Under the pieces are notes generated by a model. That model was not told where the DNA came from. It saw only the letters and a list, made by a program, of their open reading frames with translations, and did no database searches. The position numbers and the translations under genes are program-made. This document shows, in pieces, positions 18,950 through 26,472 of a DNA stretch of 40,006 bases. The DNA comes from Sedimenticola sp. Lineage in GTDB: Bacteria; Pseudomonadota; Gammaproteobacteria; Chromatiales; Chromatiaceae. Positions within the stretch are counted from its first letter, which is position 1; every line of letters begins with the position of its first letter. The stretch lies in NCBI GenBank assembly GCA_030619405.1, contig JAUXBK010000001.1:1-40006 (forward strand). The letters run 5' to 3'.

Positions 18950-19086
18950 GATCGTGTGGCCGTTTGTCCGTTCGACTATCCCGACAATATTGAAAAATAG
19001 CATGCATCAAGGGTATTTTCCAGAAATATCCTTCAGATAGCGCAAACTTCTATATTCATCTGTTAAGTAAGATTCTTGCAAAATAC

Positions 19087-19132
19087 CCCCTCTCCCTCAA
19101 GGGAGAGGGGATTTAGGAGTTTTGCAAGAGCC
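19087..19132. repeat. REP-like palindromic element, family 1
   Basis: The sequence is CCCCTCTCCCTCAAGGGAGAGGGGATTTAGGAGTTTTGCAAGAGCC. It overlaps the last ~11 codons and the stop codon of tsaE. Confidence 0.85.
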
Positions 19133-19597
19133 GCAAGTTATCCTCCGATTCAGGCGTTGGATGATCCCCCGACCCCGCTCACTGCCTGGCTGCAGCCGCA
19201 ACCGCCTGCCCTCGCCCTGCATCTCGATGAACAGCGCCAGATCGGCCGGGGGCAGTTCTCCCTTACCCTGTTCAGGCCACTCGAACAGCAGTACCGCTTC
19301 GGACTGCAACAGATCCCGCAGGCCCAGGTACTCCAGCTCCCCCGGGTCCGCCAGCCGGTAGAGATCGAAATGATAGACCGCCCGTTCACCTAGCTCATAG
19401 GGCTCCAGCAGGGTATAGGTGGGGCTCTTTACCGCCCCTTCATACCCCAGTCCCTTGAGGAAGCCTCGAGCCAGGGTAGTCTTCCCCGCCCCCAGATCCC
19501 CGTGCAGGTAGATGATGGCCTGCGCGGGCGTGACCAGGGCCAGTTCCCTGCCGACGCGCTCCTGCGCCTCCGGATCCGCTGCCAGCAGCGTCAGCAT
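19097..19597 (-). CDS. tsaE: tRNA t6A37 biosynthesis ATPase TsaE
   Basis: It has the GDLGAGKTTLARG P-loop and the SPTYTLLEPY and HFDLYRL blocks. I chose the start at M23 of the ORF, because the upstream extension runs into a REP hairpin. The C-terminal tail is encoded by a REP element. Confidence 0.88.
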   Translation of the reverse strand: MLTLLAADPEAQERVGRELALVTPAQAIIYLHGDLGAGKTTLARGFLKGLGYEGAVKSPTYTLLEPYELGERAVYHFDLYRLADPGELEYLGLRDLLQSEAVLLFEWPEQGKGELPPADLALFIEMQGEGRRLRLQPGSERGRGIIQRLNRRITCGSCKTPKSPLP

Positions 19598-19629
19598 CGG
19601 CTCAGCAGTTCTAAATGCGGAAAAAGAAT

Positions 19630-19706
19630 CACCACGAAGCGCACGAAGAACACGAAGAAACATTTAAAAACAAGAATTCTTTGTGCTCTTCGTGTCCTTC
19701 GTGGTG
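19630..19706. repeat. REP-like hairpin, family 2 (CACCACGAAG-GCACGAAG repeats)
   Basis: The left arm is CACCACGAAGCGCACGAAGAACACGAAGAA (19630-19659). The right arm is TTCTTTGTGCTCTTCGTGTCCTTCGTGGTG (19677-19706). This is an imperfect ~30-bp stem between nnr and tsaE. Confidence 0.8.
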
Positions 19707-19761
19707 AAAAACCTGGTCAGCTGTTCGCATTGGGTGCCACCTTGAGAATCACCGGCATCGG

Positions 19762-21264
19762 CTATTCCGGATTGACCAGCCGGCGGATCTCCGGCATGAG
19801 GTCGCTCGCCAGCAGGCCACGCTCACCGGCAGCGGCGGCCCTGTCCGCGGCCGCCGCGTGCAGGCAGACTCCCAGGGTGGCGGCCACCTCCCCGTCGAAG
19901 CCCTGGGCCAGCAACCCGCCGATGATGCCGGTCAGCACGTCGCCCATGCCACCGGACGCCATCCCCGGGTTGCCGTCACTGCATACCCCGGGCGGCCGTT
20001 TCGAGGGGCCGAGGAGCAGGGTGCCGGCCCCCTTCAGCACGGCCACGCCACCGTAACGCTGCTGCAGCCGGGAGAGGGACTGAAATCGATCCGCCTGTAC
20101 CTCCCCCGTGGAGCAGCCCAGCAGGCGTGCCGCCTCGCCCGGGTGAGGTGTCAATACCCAGTCGTCGCGCCGGGTGGGGGCTCGTGCCAGCAGGTTGAGG
20201 GCATCTGCGTCCACCACCAGCGGCAGCCCGGATCGGAATGTCCGTTCCAGCAGTGCCCGGGACCACTCCCCCTGCCCCAGCCCGGGACCGACGGCGACCA
20301 CGGAGGCCCGCTGCAGCAGCGGTTCCAGCTGGGCTGGCGTATCGACCCCGTGGCACATCAGCTCCGGCCGGGTCAGGTTGAGCAGTGGAGCGTGGCCGGG
20401 GCGGGTGGCGATGCTCACCAGGCCGGCTCCGGCACGAGCCGCCGCCTCAGCCGCCATCCTGACCGCGCCGGAGTAGCCCTGCTCGCCACCAACCACCAGC
20501 AGGTGACCGTAGTCGCCCTTGTGGGCGGTCCGGCGCCGGGGTGAGAGGAGTGTTGCCTGTTGTCTCCAGTCCAGGCGCCTGGCCGCCAGAATCTCCCGGG
20601 AATAGATCACCGCCGGGATCTCCAGCGCATCGAAGCTGATTTCACCGCAGCAGTCGGGTCCATCGCCAGTCAGCATACCCTGCTTCAGCCCGATAAAAGT
20701 GATGGTGGCGGTGGCTCTCAGCGCCACCCCGAGCACCTGACCGCTGTCCGACTGCAAACCCGAGGGGATATCCAGGGCCAGCACCGGTGCCGGGTGCGCG
20801 TTGACCGCCTCCAGGGCCTGCCGCCAGCGCCCTGTCACCTCCCGCTCCAGGCCGGTTCCAAAGACCCCGTCCACTACCAGATCGATCTCCTTCGGCAGCG
20901 TCTCGAAAGGCATCACCCCCCCCCCGGCCGCCTCGAATGCCCGGGCGCAGGTGAGGGCATCCCCCCTGATCCGGGCCGGGTCCCCCAGCTGCAGCAGCGC
21001 CACCTCCAGCCCCGCCTCCAGTGCCAGGCGGGCGACCACGAACCCATCTCCGCCGTTGTTGCCGATGCCGCAGAGCACGGCTATCCGGCTCGCCTCCGGC
21101 CAGCGCCTCTGGAGCAGCCGGAAGGCCGCCGCCCCCGCCCTCTGCATCAGGATGAGCCCGGGTATGCCGTGCTCCTCGATGGTGATCCGGTCCAGCTCCC
21201 GCACCTGTTCGGCACGGTAGAGGGCGTGGGGCAGGTTGTCAGTAGCGGGCATGACGCGCGTCAT
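19762..21264 (-). CDS. nnr: Bifunctional NAD(P)H-hydrate repair enzyme Nnr (epimerase/dehydratase, YjeF)
   Basis: 500 aa. It combines a YjeF_N domain (VLCGIGNNGGDGFV) with a C-terminal ribokinase-like dehydratase (GGMGDVLTGIIGGL). Confidence 0.93.
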   Translation of the reverse strand: MTRVMPATDNLPHALYRAEQVRELDRITIEEHGIPGLILMQRAGAAAFRLLQRRWPEASRIAVLCGIGNNGGDGFVVARLALEAGLEVALLQLGDPARIRGDALTCARAFEAAGGGVMPFETLPKEIDLVVDGVFGTGLEREVTGRWRQALEAVNAHPAPVLALDIPSGLQSDSGQVLGVALRATATITFIGLKQGMLTGDGPDCCGEISFDALEIPAVIYSREILAARRLDWRQQATLLSPRRRTAHKGDYGHLLVVGGEQGYSGAVRMAAEAAARAGAGLVSIATRPGHAPLLNLTRPELMCHGVDTPAQLEPLLQRASVVAVGPGLGQGEWSRALLERTFRSGLPLVVDADALNLLARAPTRRDDWVLTPHPGEAARLLGCSTGEVQADRFQSLSRLQQRYGGVAVLKGAGTLLLGPSKRPPGVCSDGNPGMASGGMGDVLTGIIGGLLAQGFDGEVAATLGVCLHAAAADRAAAAGERGLLASDLMPEIRRLVNPE

Positions 21265-21358
21265 GTTTCCAGGTAAAGAGAACAGTGATAGGGTTTAGTA
21301 GCTGAAATCATACCCTTATTGCCAGTAGTTTACGCACCAACCAACCCGCTTATTTTTT

Positions 21359-21434
21359 CACCACGAAGGGCACGAAGACCACGAAGGGATGATTGGAAAT
21401 CGCTTCGATTTTTATTCTTCGTGCCCTTCGTGGT
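21359..21434. repeat. REP-like hairpin, family 2
   Basis: CACCACGAAGGGCACGAAGACCACGAAGGG (21359-21388) pairs with TTCTTCGTGCCCTTCGTGGT (21415-21434). The 18-bp core ACCACGAAGGGCACGAAG is a perfect match. Confidence 0.8.
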
Positions 21435-21451
21435 CGAGTCAATAGCTCAGC

Positions 21452-21566
21452 GTGAACGTAACCGTTCACTCCCCCTGCCGTTTTGAACCCCTCACCCTAA
21501 CCCTCTCCCTGAGGGAGAGGGGATTTTAGGAGGGGGACTGAACGGTTACGCGTGAACGGTTACACG
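21452..21566. repeat. Composite nested palindrome (GAACGGTTAC motifs flanking a family-1 REP core)
   Basis: GTGAACGTAACCGTTCAC lies at 21452-21469. CCGTTCACTCCCCCT pairs with AGGGGGACTGAACGG. The core is CCCTCTCCCTGAGGGAGAGGG (21501-21521). GAACGGTTACGCGTGAACGGTTACACG lies at 21540-21566. Confidence 0.75.
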
Positions 21567-21605
21567 TAATTGTAACTCGCAATTTAGTATGCGGGAGATC
21601 GTTGA

Positions 21606-22697
21606 ATGACCAGCATTGGCCAGACGGGTATATTTCGCCACATGGAACGATATAGCACCATAATCGACTACGCCGAACTCGCAACAAGGATCAAAGCGTG
21701 GGGCCGCACGCTGGGCTTTCAGCGGCTGGCGGTCAGCGACACCGACCTGTCGCTGGCAGAACAGCAGTTCAACCATTGGCTGATGGAGGGAAATCATGGT
21801 GAGATGGCCTATATGGCCCGTCACGGCAGTAAGCGCAGCCGCCCCGGGGAACTGGTGCCCGGCACCCGGCGGATCATCTCGGTGCGCATGAATTACCGTC
21901 CGGCAGGCGATAACCCACTGACCGTGCTGAGTGACCCGGCACTGGGCTATGTCTCCCGCTACGCCCTCGGCCGCGACTATCACAAGCTGATGCGCAACCG
22001 GCTGCAGCAGCTGGCGAAACAGATCGAACAGGCGGTCGGACCCTTTGGGTATCGCGCCTTCGTCGACTCGGCACCGGTGCTGGAGAAGGCGATCGCCGCC
22101 AGGGCGGGGCTGGGGTGGCAGGGCAAGCACAGCAATCTGGTCGCCCGGGAGGCGGGCTGCTGGTTCTTTCTCGGGGAACTCTACACCGATCTGCCACTGC
22201 CGGTGGACCCGCCGATGGCGGACCACTGCGGCAGTTGCACGGCCTGCATCGACTGCTGCCCCACCGGCGCCATCGTCGCCCCCTACCGGGTGGATGCCCG
22301 ACGCTGCATCTCCTACCTGACCATCGAGCTGGAGGGGTCGATCCCGGAGCCGCTGCGCCCACTGCTGGGCAACCGCGTCTACGGCTGTGACGATTGTCTG
22401 CTGGCCTGCCCCTGGAACCGCTTTTCCAGGCCGTCGCGAGAGCAGGGGTTCCTGCCGCGCAACGGCCTGGAGAGTAGCCAGCTGATCGAGCTGTTCCACT
22501 GGACGGAAGCGCAGTTCCTGAAACGATTGGAGGGCTCCCCGATCCGGCGCATCGGCCACCTGCGCTGGCTGCGCAATATCGCCGTAGCGTTGGGCAACGC
22601 CCCGTCCTCTCCCGCGATCACTGCGGCGCTCAGAGCGCACCTGGATCACCCCTCGGAGATGGTACGGGAACATGTCCGCTGGGCACTTGATCAGTAA
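21606..22697 (+). CDS. queG: tRNA epoxyqueuosine(34) reductase QueG
   Basis: 363 aa. It has two 4Fe-4S motifs (CGSCTACIDCCP and CDDCLLACPWN) and a C-terminal HEAT-like region. It sits at the yjeS position next to nnr. Confidence 0.93.
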   Translation: MTSIGQTGIFRHMERYSTIIDYAELATRIKAWGRTLGFQRLAVSDTDLSLAEQQFNHWLMEGNHGEMAYMARHGSKRSRPGELVPGTRRIISVRMNYRPAGDNPLTVLSDPALGYVSRYALGRDYHKLMRNRLQQLAKQIEQAVGPFGYRAFVDSAPVLEKAIAARAGLGWQGKHSNLVAREAGCWFFLGELYTDLPLPVDPPMADHCGSCTACIDCCPTGAIVAPYRVDARRCISYLTIELEGSIPEPLRPLLGNRVYGCDDCLLACPWNRFSRPSREQGFLPRNGLESSQLIELFHWTEAQFLKRLEGSPIRRIGHLRWLRNIAVALGNAPSSPAITAALRAHLDHPSEMVREHVRWALDQ

Positions 22698-22784
22698 CCC
22701 ATCCTGCGCCCGGATTTCGGGCCAATGATGGGCATAAACGATATGTATACCTTCCGTTTACGGGATGATTGACAGCCTCCCGGA

Positions 22785-23333
22785 TCAGGGAATTCTGAGA
22801 AAGTGCCGGCGGTAGTAGCGCAGCTCCTCGATCGAATCCTTGATGTCGTCGAGCGCCAGGTGCTTGGACTGCTTCACGAAGCCTCTGGCCATCTCGGGGG
22901 CCCAGCGGTTGGCCAGCTCCTTGAGGGTGCTGACATCCAGGTTACGGTAGTGAAACCACGCCTCCAGCCGGGGCATGCTGCGGGCCAGGAAGCGCCGATC
23001 CTGACAGATGCTGTTGCCGCATATGGGGGACTTGCCCGCCGGCACCCATTGCTCCAGAAATGCCAGCGTTTCGGTCTCTGCCGAAGATTCACCCCGGTCG
23101 CTGGCGCCCACTCTCGCCGTCAGCCCCGATTCACCGTGCTGTCTGATGTTCCACTCATCCATGGCATCCATTACCTCATGGCTCTGGTGGATGGCGATCA
23201 TCGGCCCCTCGGCCAGAATATTCAGACTGGCATCGGTGACGATGGTGGCGATCTCGATGATCCGGTCGTTGCGAGTATCCAGCCCGGTCATCTCCAGGTC
23301 GATCCAGATAAGGTTTGTTGGATCTTGCGCCAT
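22785..23333 (-). CDS. orn: Oligoribonuclease
   Basis: 182 aa DEDDh exonuclease with [12 protein letters not shown] and [17 protein letters not shown] blocks. Confidence 0.95.
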   Translation of the reverse strand: MAQDPTNLIWIDLEMTGLDTRNDRIIEIATIVTDASLNILAEGPMIAIHQSHEVMDAMDEWNIRQHGESGLTARVGASDRGESSAETETLAFLEQWVPAGKSPICGNSICQDRRFLARSMPRLEAWFHYRNLDVSTLKELANRWAPEMARGFVKQSKHLALDDIKDSIEELRYYRRHFLRIP

Positions 23334-23405
23334 GGGTGCTCCTGCATATCATTGGATGTGGCATCATTCTAGCAGAGCACAGCCGGACCCTGTATCCTGT
23401 CTCTC

Positions 23406-24704
23406 ATGCACATCTTCACTCTCCTGTTTCTGGTCGCTCTGGGGGGCGGTCTGCTGCTGCAGCTGTGGCTGCTGCAACGGCACCGCCGATATGTCACCGC
23501 ACACCGGAGCAAGGTTCCACCGGCATTCGCCGAGCGCATCTCCCTGGAGGAGCACCAAAAGGCCGCCGATTATACCCTGGCACGCACCCGGGTAGGGCGT
23601 TTCGATCTTATCTACAGCAGCATGCTGCTGCTGGTGCTCACGCTGGGCGGGGGGCTGAACGCCATCCACCGGCTGTGGCAGGCGACCGATTATGGTCCGA
23701 TAATCACTGGCATTGGCCTGGTGCTCTCGGTATTCCTGCTGCTGGGGCTCCTGGAGATGCCCTTCTCCCTCTGGCGCACCTTCGTGCTGGAGGCACGCTT
23801 TGGTTTCAATCGCACTACACCCAGGCGCTTTCTGCTCGATCTGCTGCTGCAGACGCTGCTGATGCTGGCATTGGGGACCCCCCTGCTCTGGTGCATCCTG
23901 TGGCTGATGCAGAGCGCCGGCAACCTCTGGTGGCTGGCCGCGTGGGCGGTCTGGATCGGGTTCATGCTGCTGATGACCTGGATCTACCCCGCCGTCATCG
24001 CCCCCCTGTTCAATAACTTCACACCCCTGGAAGAGGGTGAGTTGAAGCAGCGTATACAGCAGCTGCTCGACCGCTGTGGTTTTACCAGTAAAGGCATCTT
24101 CGTCATGGATGGCTCCAGGCGTTCCGGGCATGGAAACGCCTACTTCACAGGTTTTGGAAAGCAGAAACGAATCGTCTTCTACGACACCCTGATGGAGAGC
24201 CTGGAGACGACCGAGATGGAGGCGGTACTGGCCCACGAACTGGGCCATTTCAAGCACCACCACGTCATCAAGCAGCTGCTGTTGACCGCCCTCACCACCC
24301 TGGTCGGTATGGCGCTTCTTGGTTGGCTCTTGGACCAGCCCTGGTTTTATCAGGCCCTGGGGGTGCAGCGACAGAGCGATGCCCTGGGGGTGCAGCGACA
24401 GAGCGATGCCCTGGCGTTGCTCCTGTTCCTGCTGGTGACCCCGGTATTCACCCAGTTTCTGCAGCCGCTGTTAGCCCTGCTCTCCCGCCGTTATGAATTC
24501 GAGGCAGACGCTTTTGCTCGCAGGCAGACCGGGGCTGAACCCATGATCCGGGCGCTGGTCAAACTCTACCGTGAGAACGCGAGCACACTGACCCCCGACC
24601 CGCTCTACTCCACGTTCCATGACAGCCACCCCCCGGCGTCCGAACGGGTATCTCACCTGCAGTCGGGACAACAACCGCCAACCAAGGAGGCACTAACCGT
24701 ATGA
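23406..24704 (+). CDS. M48-family zinc metallopeptidase (Ste24/HtpX-like, polytopic membrane)
   Basis: 432 aa with multiple N-terminal TM segments. The zinc motif is HELGHFKHHH (HExxH), and a downstream glutamate lies in YEFEADAFA. Confidence 0.85.
   Translation: MHIFTLLFLVALGGGLLLQLWLLQRHRRYVTAHRSKVPPAFAERISLEEHQKAADYTLARTRVGRFDLIYSSMLLLVLTLGGGLNAIHRLWQATDYGPIITGIGLVLSVFLLLGLLEMPFSLWRTFVLEARFGFNRTTPRRFLLDLLLQTLLMLALGTPLLWCILWLMQSAGNLWWLAAWAVWIGFMLLMTWIYPAVIAPLFNNFTPLEEGELKQRIQQLLDRCGFTSKGIFVMDGSRRSGHGNAYFTGFGKQKRIVFYDTLMESLETTEMEAVLAHELGHFKHHHVIKQLLLTALTTLVGMALLGWLLDQPWFYQALGVQRQSDALGVQRQSDALALLLFLLVTPVFTQFLQPLLALLSRRYEFEADAFARRQTGAEPMIRALVKLYRENASTLTPDPLYSTFHDSHPPASERVSHLQSGQQPPTKEALTV
24354..24414 (+). 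repeat. In-frame 27-bp tandem duplication inside the M48 peptidase gene
   Basis: GCCCTGGGGGTGCAGCGACAGAGCGAT occurs twice (24354-24380 and 24381-24407), followed by the partial copy GCCCTGG. It encodes ALGVQRQSD twice. Confidence 0.9.
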
Positions 24705-24985
24705 GAGTCCCTGCGACCATCCCTCTTCTTCTGACCCTGGCCACCGGCAGTGTGGTGGCCCAGGAGGCCGATCCCGCCGCCGGAAAGCAGCTGGTAACGA
24801 ACAACTGTACCGAATGCCACGGCACCGACATCTACACCCGGGAAGAGCGTCGGGTGACGACGCGCCCGGGACTCACCAAGCAGGTGCGGCGTTGCGAACA
24901 GGCCCTTGGCCTGACCTGGTTCGACGAGGATGTGGAGAACGCCGCTGAGTTCCTGAACAGAAGCTACTACCATTTCGGGAAATGA
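24701..24985 (+). CDS. Small secreted CXXCH (c-type cytochrome-like) protein
   Basis: 94 aa. It has a signal peptide (MRVPATIPLLLTLATGSVVAQE) and a single CTECH haem-binding motif. An AAGGAGG SD precedes it, and its ATG overlaps the M48 stop as ATGA. Confidence 0.7.
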   Translation: MRVPATIPLLLTLATGSVVAQEADPAAGKQLVTNNCTECHGTDIYTREERRVTTRPGLTKQVRRCEQALGLTWFDEDVENAAEFLNRSYYHFGK

Positions 24986-25074
24986 TTCTTTACAGAAGGC
25001 AGAATTGAGAATTCTATATTCTGACTCCTGTTCTCTGAGTCCTGACTTCTGTCCTCTGTCTTCTGTTCCCTGAA

Positions 25075-26085
25075 ATGCCCAGACGCAAACTCTCAAACCG
25101 TCAGCGGGCGCAAATAAAGGCCATTCAGGAACGTCGCCGGCAACGGTTGGAGGACCGCGCCAGCCAGATAGGTGAACAGGCGGCGGGGGATAATCCCCTC
25201 AGTGGCGTGGTGATCACCCGTCACGGCCAGAATCTAATGATCGCAGATGAGAGTGGCCGGTTCTGGCACTGCCTCTCGCGTCAGAACATCGGCGACCCGG
25301 TCTGCGGCGACCGGGTGGTCTGGCAGCCTGCCGGTGAGAACCAGGGGGTAATTACCGCCCTGCAGCCCCGGCGGAGCGCGCTGGTCCGCCCCAACTACAG
25401 TGGTGATGCACGGGCACTGGCCGCCAACATCACCCAGCTGCTCATAGTTCTGGCACCGGAACCCCCACCCAGCCAGTACCTGGTCGATCAATACCTGGTG
25501 GCCGCTGAAAACATCGGCGTCCGAGTCCTGATCGCGCTCAACAAAAAAGACCTGCTTTGCAACCGGGAGGCCAATCTGTTTGGCCGCGACTTCCAGCACT
25601 ATGGCCGGATCGGCTACCCGGTCATCCTCATCAGTGCCAAATCCGATCACGGGCTGGATCCCCTCAACCAGCACCTGCAGGGCGAGACCAGCATCCTGGT
25701 CGGACAATCCGGTGTTGGTAAATCATCACTCGTAAAGGCGCTGCTGCCCGATCTCGAGATCCAGGTCGGCCGGCTCTCCGAGGCATCCGGTACGGGAAGG
25801 CATACCACTTCGACCACCACCCTCTATGACCTTCCGAGCGGTGGACGCCTGATCGATTCCCCAGGTGTGCGCAGCTTCCGGCTGGGGCAGATGGAACGGC
25901 GGCAACTGGAGCAGGGATTTCGCGAGTTTCGCCCGCTTCTGGGGCGCTGTCACTTCAGCGACTGCAGCCATACCCATGAGCCTGGCTGCGCACTGCTGAC
26001 GGCGGTGCAGTCGGGCGAGATCGATCCGCGGAGAATGGTCAACTTCCAGCATATGGCCAATGCCGACCTTAAGAGATCATTCTGA
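25075..26085 (+). CDS. rsgA: Ribosome small-subunit-dependent GTPase A
   Basis: 336 aa circularly permuted GTPase. G4 (NKKDL) precedes G1 (GQSGVGKSS). The C-terminal zinc knuckle reads CHFSDCSHTHEPGC. Confidence 0.94.
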   Translation: MPRRKLSNRQRAQIKAIQERRRQRLEDRASQIGEQAAGDNPLSGVVITRHGQNLMIADESGRFWHCLSRQNIGDPVCGDRVVWQPAGENQGVITALQPRRSALVRPNYSGDARALAANITQLLIVLAPEPPPSQYLVDQYLVAAENIGVRVLIALNKKDLLCNREANLFGRDFQHYGRIGYPVILISAKSDHGLDPLNQHLQGETSILVGQSGVGKSSLVKALLPDLEIQVGRLSEASGTGRHTTSTTTLYDLPSGGRLIDSPGVRSFRLGQMERRQLEQGFREFRPLLGRCHFSDCSHTHEPGCALLTAVQSGEIDPRRMVNFQHMANADLKRSF

Positions 26086-26169
26086 CTCCCATCAAGCATC
26101 CAGTAACATGTTGTTTTAACGAATAAATAAAGACCTGTTTTTAGCCTTTTGCGACATCTGCCAACTTGC

Positions 26170-26202
26170 GTAGGATGCGGTGAGGAACGAACCGCATCCT
26201 AC
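26170..26202. repeat. REP-like hairpin, family 4 (GTAGGATGCGGT / ACCGCATCCTAC)
   Basis: A 12-bp perfect stem with a 9-nt loop, about 85 nt downstream of the rsgA stop. It has no clear U-tract. Confidence 0.75.
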
Positions 26203-26472
26203 CACCTGTTTGCTGACTAGCAGGTATCTGCATTCACCTGCCGTGCCGGCGCATGTCAGCTTCTTTTACAAATCTGTCGAACGCGTCCCATTTCCAGCAA
26301 TCTATCCGATTGATTAGAAAGTTTATTTATATATTCGGCACGAATAGTGCGGTGCAGTAATTGAGAAAACCCCTCTACAACAACAGATGCAGAAGAGTCC
26401 CTCCTCTGTCCTCTTTCATCATTACAACGAGTCTTGGAAACAGGAAGAATAAGCCTTAATTGAAGCAGTCTC

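Noticed and set aside
22698-22784. I looked for the tRNA-Gly genes that lie between orn and queG in E. coli, and for a bidirectional terminator (CCCATC..GCCCGGATTTCGGGC..GATGGG).
   Set aside because: The 87-bp spacer has no tRNA-like cloverleaf or T-loop sequence. The hairpin exists but has no U-tract on either strand, so I did not call it as a terminator.
24986-25074. A CT-rich low-complexity tract (TCCTGACTTCTGTCCTCTGTCTTCTGTTCCCTG) and a small AGAATT/AATTCT hairpin upstream of rsgA.
   Set aside because: The degenerate pyrimidine-rich repeats have no clear unit or partner copy in the window. They may be another REP-like family, but I cannot support any function.
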